DNA of 64,000 bases from an uncultured delta proteobacterium (GTDB lineage: Bacteria > Myxococcota_A > UBA9160 > SMWR01). The stretch's first letter is position 1. Each line of letters starts with the position of its first letter. Location of the stretch: the NCBI GenBank assembly GCA_963832165.1, contig CAWHTE010000007.1, positions 800,001-864,000 on the forward strand, given 5' to 3'. Made by a program: the position numbers and the translations under genes. The notes under the pieces were generated by a model. It was not told the origin of the DNA and ran no database searches. It saw only the letters and a program-made list of their open reading frames with translations. Positions 61,070 to 64,000 of the stretch are shown in pieces.

Positions 61070-62142
61070 TGCTCGAAGCGAGAATCCACCAGCGCTTCCC
61101 CGGGTTCGCACTCGACGTGGACTTCGCGAGCGCGGGCCCCGTACTCGGCGTATTCGGCGCATCCGCGAGCGGAAAGACGACGCTCCTGCACGCGCTCGCG
61201 GGTTTGCTCCGGCCGCAGGAGGCGCGCATCGCCGTGCGCGGACGCGAGCTCTGCGTGCGCCCGCGCGGGCGCTGGGTACCGCCGGAGCGCCGCCGGCTCG
61301 CGCTCGTGACGCAGGATCCGCTCCTGCTGCCGCACCGAAGCGTGCGGGGCAATCTGTCGTTTGCGCCCGGCGCCGCGCAGCGTCTCGCGGGCGAGGCGGG
61401 GCGGCGCGTGCTCGAGGTGCTGCGTCTCGCGCCATTGCTGGACCGCGGTGTCGGCAACCTCTCGGGCGGCGAGCGCCAGCGTGTGGCGATGGGCCGCGCG
61501 TTGCTGGCCGACCCGGAGCTCTTGCTGCTCGACGAGCCGACGAGCGCGCTCGACGCCGAGCTCTCGCGCGATGTGCTGGGTCTCCTGCTCCAGGTGAAGC
61601 ACGAGCTCGGCGTGCCGATGGTGTTCGTCACGCATCGCGCTGCGGAGCTGCTCGCGCTGGTCGACGACTGCATCGTCCTCGAGGGCGGCCGCTGCATCGC
61701 GCAGGGCGCTCCGATCGATGTACTCAAGCGGCCGCGCGCGCTCGGCGTCGCGAACCTCGTGGGCGTAGACAACCTGTTGCGACTTCCGGTTCTGCGCCAC
61801 GACGAGCCGGACGGCGTGACGCTGCTCGAGCTCGGTCACGACCTGCCGCTCGCGGCCCCGCTCTGCGCCGCCGTGCCGGGATCGCGCGTCGACGTGGGCT
61901 TCTACGCGGACGAGATCCTGTTGTGCCGCGAGGCGCCAAAGGGCGTCTCGGCTCGCAACGTGCTGCCGTGCGAGGTGCGCGCGATCGACTTCATGGGTCG
62001 CGAGGTGCTGGCCGAGCTCGTCGTGGGCGAGGTGACGCTGCTCGCGCGCCTCACCCCCGCTGCGGCGCGCGAGCTCGATCTCGTCGCGGGCACGCGCGCC
62101 GTGGCCGTCGTGAAGACGTCCGCGATCCACCACCTCGGCTGA
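61069..62142 (+). CDS. modC: Molybdate ABC transporter ATPase with TOBE domain
   Basis: GASASGKT, LSGGERQRV, LLLDEP, SARN, AVVK. Confidence 0.93.
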   Translation: MLEARIHQRFPGFALDVDFASAGPVLGVFGASASGKTTLLHALAGLLRPQEARIAVRGRELCVRPRGRWVPPERRRLALVTQDPLLLPHRSVRGNLSFAPGAAQRLAGEAGRRVLEVLRLAPLLDRGVGNLSGGERQRVAMGRALLADPELLLLDEPTSALDAELSRDVLGLLLQVKHELGVPMVFVTHRAAELLALVDDCIVLEGGRCIAQGAPIDVLKRPRALGVANLVGVDNLLRLPVLRHDEPDGVTLLELGHDLPLAAPLCAAVPGSRVDVGFYADEILLCREAPKGVSARNVLPCEVRAIDFMGREVLAELVVGEVTLLARLTPAAARELDLVAGTRAVAVVKTSAIHHLG

Positions 62143-62185
62143 GGGGCAAAGGGCCTCCGGCCGCAGCCCACCCTACCATCGCGGG

Positions 62186-63346
62186 ATGGGCGAGACGGCC
62201 GGCGACGTCGTAGAGCTGCGCATCGACGCGCTGGCGGCGGGCGGCGACGGCGTCGGCCGCACGGCGGAGGGGCTCGTCGTCTTCGTGCCGCGAACCGCGC
62301 CGGGCGATCGCGTGCGCGCGCGGATCGAGGCGCTGCACCCGCGCTATGCGCGCGCCGAGCCCGAGCAGATCCTCGAGCCGTCTCCCGCGCGCGTCGCGCC
62401 CTCCTGTCCGGTGTTCGGCGAGTGCGGCGGTTGCAGCTGGCAGCACGTGGATTATGCGGCGCAGTGCGACGCGAAGCGGCAGATCGTGGAGGACGCGCTT
62501 CGCCGGGTCGGGAAGCTCTCGCTGCCGGGCCCGGTCGCCTTCCATCCATCGCCCTCGCCGTATGCCTACCGCTCTCGCGCGCGCGTCGCGGTGGAAGGAG
62601 GCAACGTCGGCTACCGGCGCGCACACAGCCGCGCGCTGTGCGCGGTGAGCGGCTGCCCGATCCTGTGCGAGCCCGCCGAAGTGCAGCTGCGCGCGCTCGC
62701 GGCCAGACCGCCCGCACGCGATGGCGAGTGGGAGATAGCGGCCGGTGCGCGTTCCGCGCGCGCGCACGAGGTCGACACCCCCGGCCCCGCGATCGAGCTC
62801 GAGGTGGGCGGCGACAAGCTGCGCGTCTCCGCGGGCGTGTTCTTCCAGGGCAACCCCGGGTTGTACGCGGCGCTCGTGGAGTCGGTGGCGGGCGCCGCGG
62901 GCACCGGCGACCTCGCGCTCGAGCTCTACGCGGGCTGCGGGTTCTTCACGCTCGCGCTCGCGCGCGCGTTCGGGCGCGTGATCGCGGTGGAGGCGGACGG
63001 CGCGGCCGTCGCCGACCTGCGCCACAACCTCGCGCGCGCGGCGCTGCGCGCCGAGGTCGTGCGGGAGCGGGTCGAGACGGCGCTCTCGGGCGCGCGCGTG
63101 CGCGCGGCCCGGCCCGACGCGGTGGTGCTCGACCCGCCGCGCACGGGTCTCCCGCGCGGAGCGGCCGCCGCGCTCTGCGCGCTCGAGCCCGCGCGCATCG
63201 CGTATCTCTCGTGCGACCCGGCGACGCTCGCGCGCGATCTCGCCGCGCTCGTGGCGGGAGGCTTCGAGCTGGAAGGGATCGAGGCGTTCGATCTGTTCCC
63301 GCAGACGCCCCACGTGGAGGTGCTCGCGAGCCTTCAGCGAAACTAG
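62186..63346 (+). CDS. rlmD: 23S rRNA (uracil-5)-methyltransferase, RlmD/TrmA family
   Basis: TRAM domain, C....CGGC.WQH, FFQGN, LDPPR, YLSCDP.TLARD, DLFPQTPHVE. Confidence 0.88.
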   Translation: MGETAGDVVELRIDALAAGGDGVGRTAEGLVVFVPRTAPGDRVRARIEALHPRYARAEPEQILEPSPARVAPSCPVFGECGGCSWQHVDYAAQCDAKRQIVEDALRRVGKLSLPGPVAFHPSPSPYAYRSRARVAVEGGNVGYRRAHSRALCAVSGCPILCEPAEVQLRALAARPPARDGEWEIAAGARSARAHEVDTPGPAIELEVGGDKLRVSAGVFFQGNPGLYAALVESVAGAAGTGDLALELYAGCGFFTLALARAFGRVIAVEADGAAVADLRHNLARAALRAEVVRERVETALSGARVRAARPDAVVLDPPRTGLPRGAAAALCALEPARIAYLSCDPATLARDLAALVAGGFELEGIEAFDLFPQTPHVEVLASLQRN

Positions 63347-63390
63347 ACGCAGCTTCACCGACCGCAAGGAGGGCGACTGGGTCGCCCGAC

Positions 63391-63438
63391 GCGCAGCGAG
63401 CCGAAGGCGAGCGAAGCTAGAGCTAGAGCTGGAGCTAG
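63391..63438 (+). repeat. Dispersed 26-bp repeat followed by an (AGCTRG)4 microsatellite
   Basis: GCGCAGCGAGCCGAAGGCGAGCGAAG followed by AGCTAG AGCTAG AGCTGG AGCTAG. Confidence 0.6.
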
Positions 63439-63522
63439 ACGCAGCGGCGTTCGCGCGGCATGATGATGTCGCCGCTCCCGTGCGGCCCTCACGCTGCCCG
63501 CCCCCTGGATCCGGAGTTCGCT

Positions 63523-64000
63523 GTGCCGACATCCGATCCCGCTCTCCGGCCGGACCGACGGTCCGACGAGCGAAGCTCGTTCACCCTCTACGTGGAGGGT
63601 CCGCGCGACCGCAGCATCCTGTGCGCGTGGGCCAAGCGGCTGTTGCCTCGAGGTGCACGCGACCTGCTCGACGGCTCGGTGATCCTGGGCGGGCGCCGGC
63701 CCGCACGCGCGGTCGAGCATTTCCGCGCGAGGGCCGCGGGCTCGCATGGGCTGTGCGTGCTCGATCGCGACGAGGACGCCGCGTCGCAGCTCGACGCGGA
63801 GCAGGGACTCGAGTTTTTCACCTGGAGTCGCCGCCACATCGAGAGCTATCTGCTCGTGCCGGGCGCGATCCGGCGCGCGCTGTCGCTGCCCGCGAGCGAC
63901 CACCGGCTCGAGGCGGCGCTCGAGCGCGAGCTTCCGCAGAGCGAGGACGCCTCGGGCTGGCGCGCGCTCGACGCGAAGCGGCTGCTCGCCGAGACCGGAC
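63523..64000 (+). CDS. TOPRIM-domain protein (OLD/DUF4435-like), runs off the window end
   Basis: Not in the ORF track because it has no stop in the window; manual translation gives LYVEGPRD, VILGG, VLDRD, RRHIESYLL. Confidence 0.7.
   Translation, partial: MPTSDPALRPDRRSDERSSFTLYVEGPRDRSILCAWAKRLLPRGARDLLDGSVILGGRRPARAVEHFRARAAGSHGLCVLDRDEDAASQLDAEQGLEFFTWSRRHIESYLLVPGAIRRALSLPASDHRLEAALERELPQSEDASGWRALDAKRLLAETG

Overview
High-GC bacterial chromosome segment; gene content suggests a Myxococcota/deltaproteobacteria-like lineage (inference). Most of it is housekeeping and catabolic genes: fused IOR, two double-domain CoA-transferases, ilvD, threonine aldolase, aconitase, nadE, modABC, an rlmD-like gene, Mla components and a thiolase-like/OB-fold pair. 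The main accessory region (~14.3-18.0 kb) is an integron cassette array with an attI-like site and three attC sites but no integrase. Its first attC is split by a 1,536-bp IS110-family (IS1111-like) element. The element's 3' non-coding region holds two parallel stem-loops whose 7-8-nt loop segments match the attC target and the element's own circle junction, which fits a bridge/seek-RNA programmed against attC. Other highlights: a stand-alone bacterial histone gene with a Lys-rich tail resembling the H3 tail, a strong promoter and a terminator; an exported cyclohexadienyl dehydratase-chorismate mutase fusion; a Moco-like leader before modABC; and GTAG-type REP repeats that supply stop codons. 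Several genes carry single-base frameshifts, probably sequencing or assembly errors. All product calls come from motif recognition by eye; no database searches were run.
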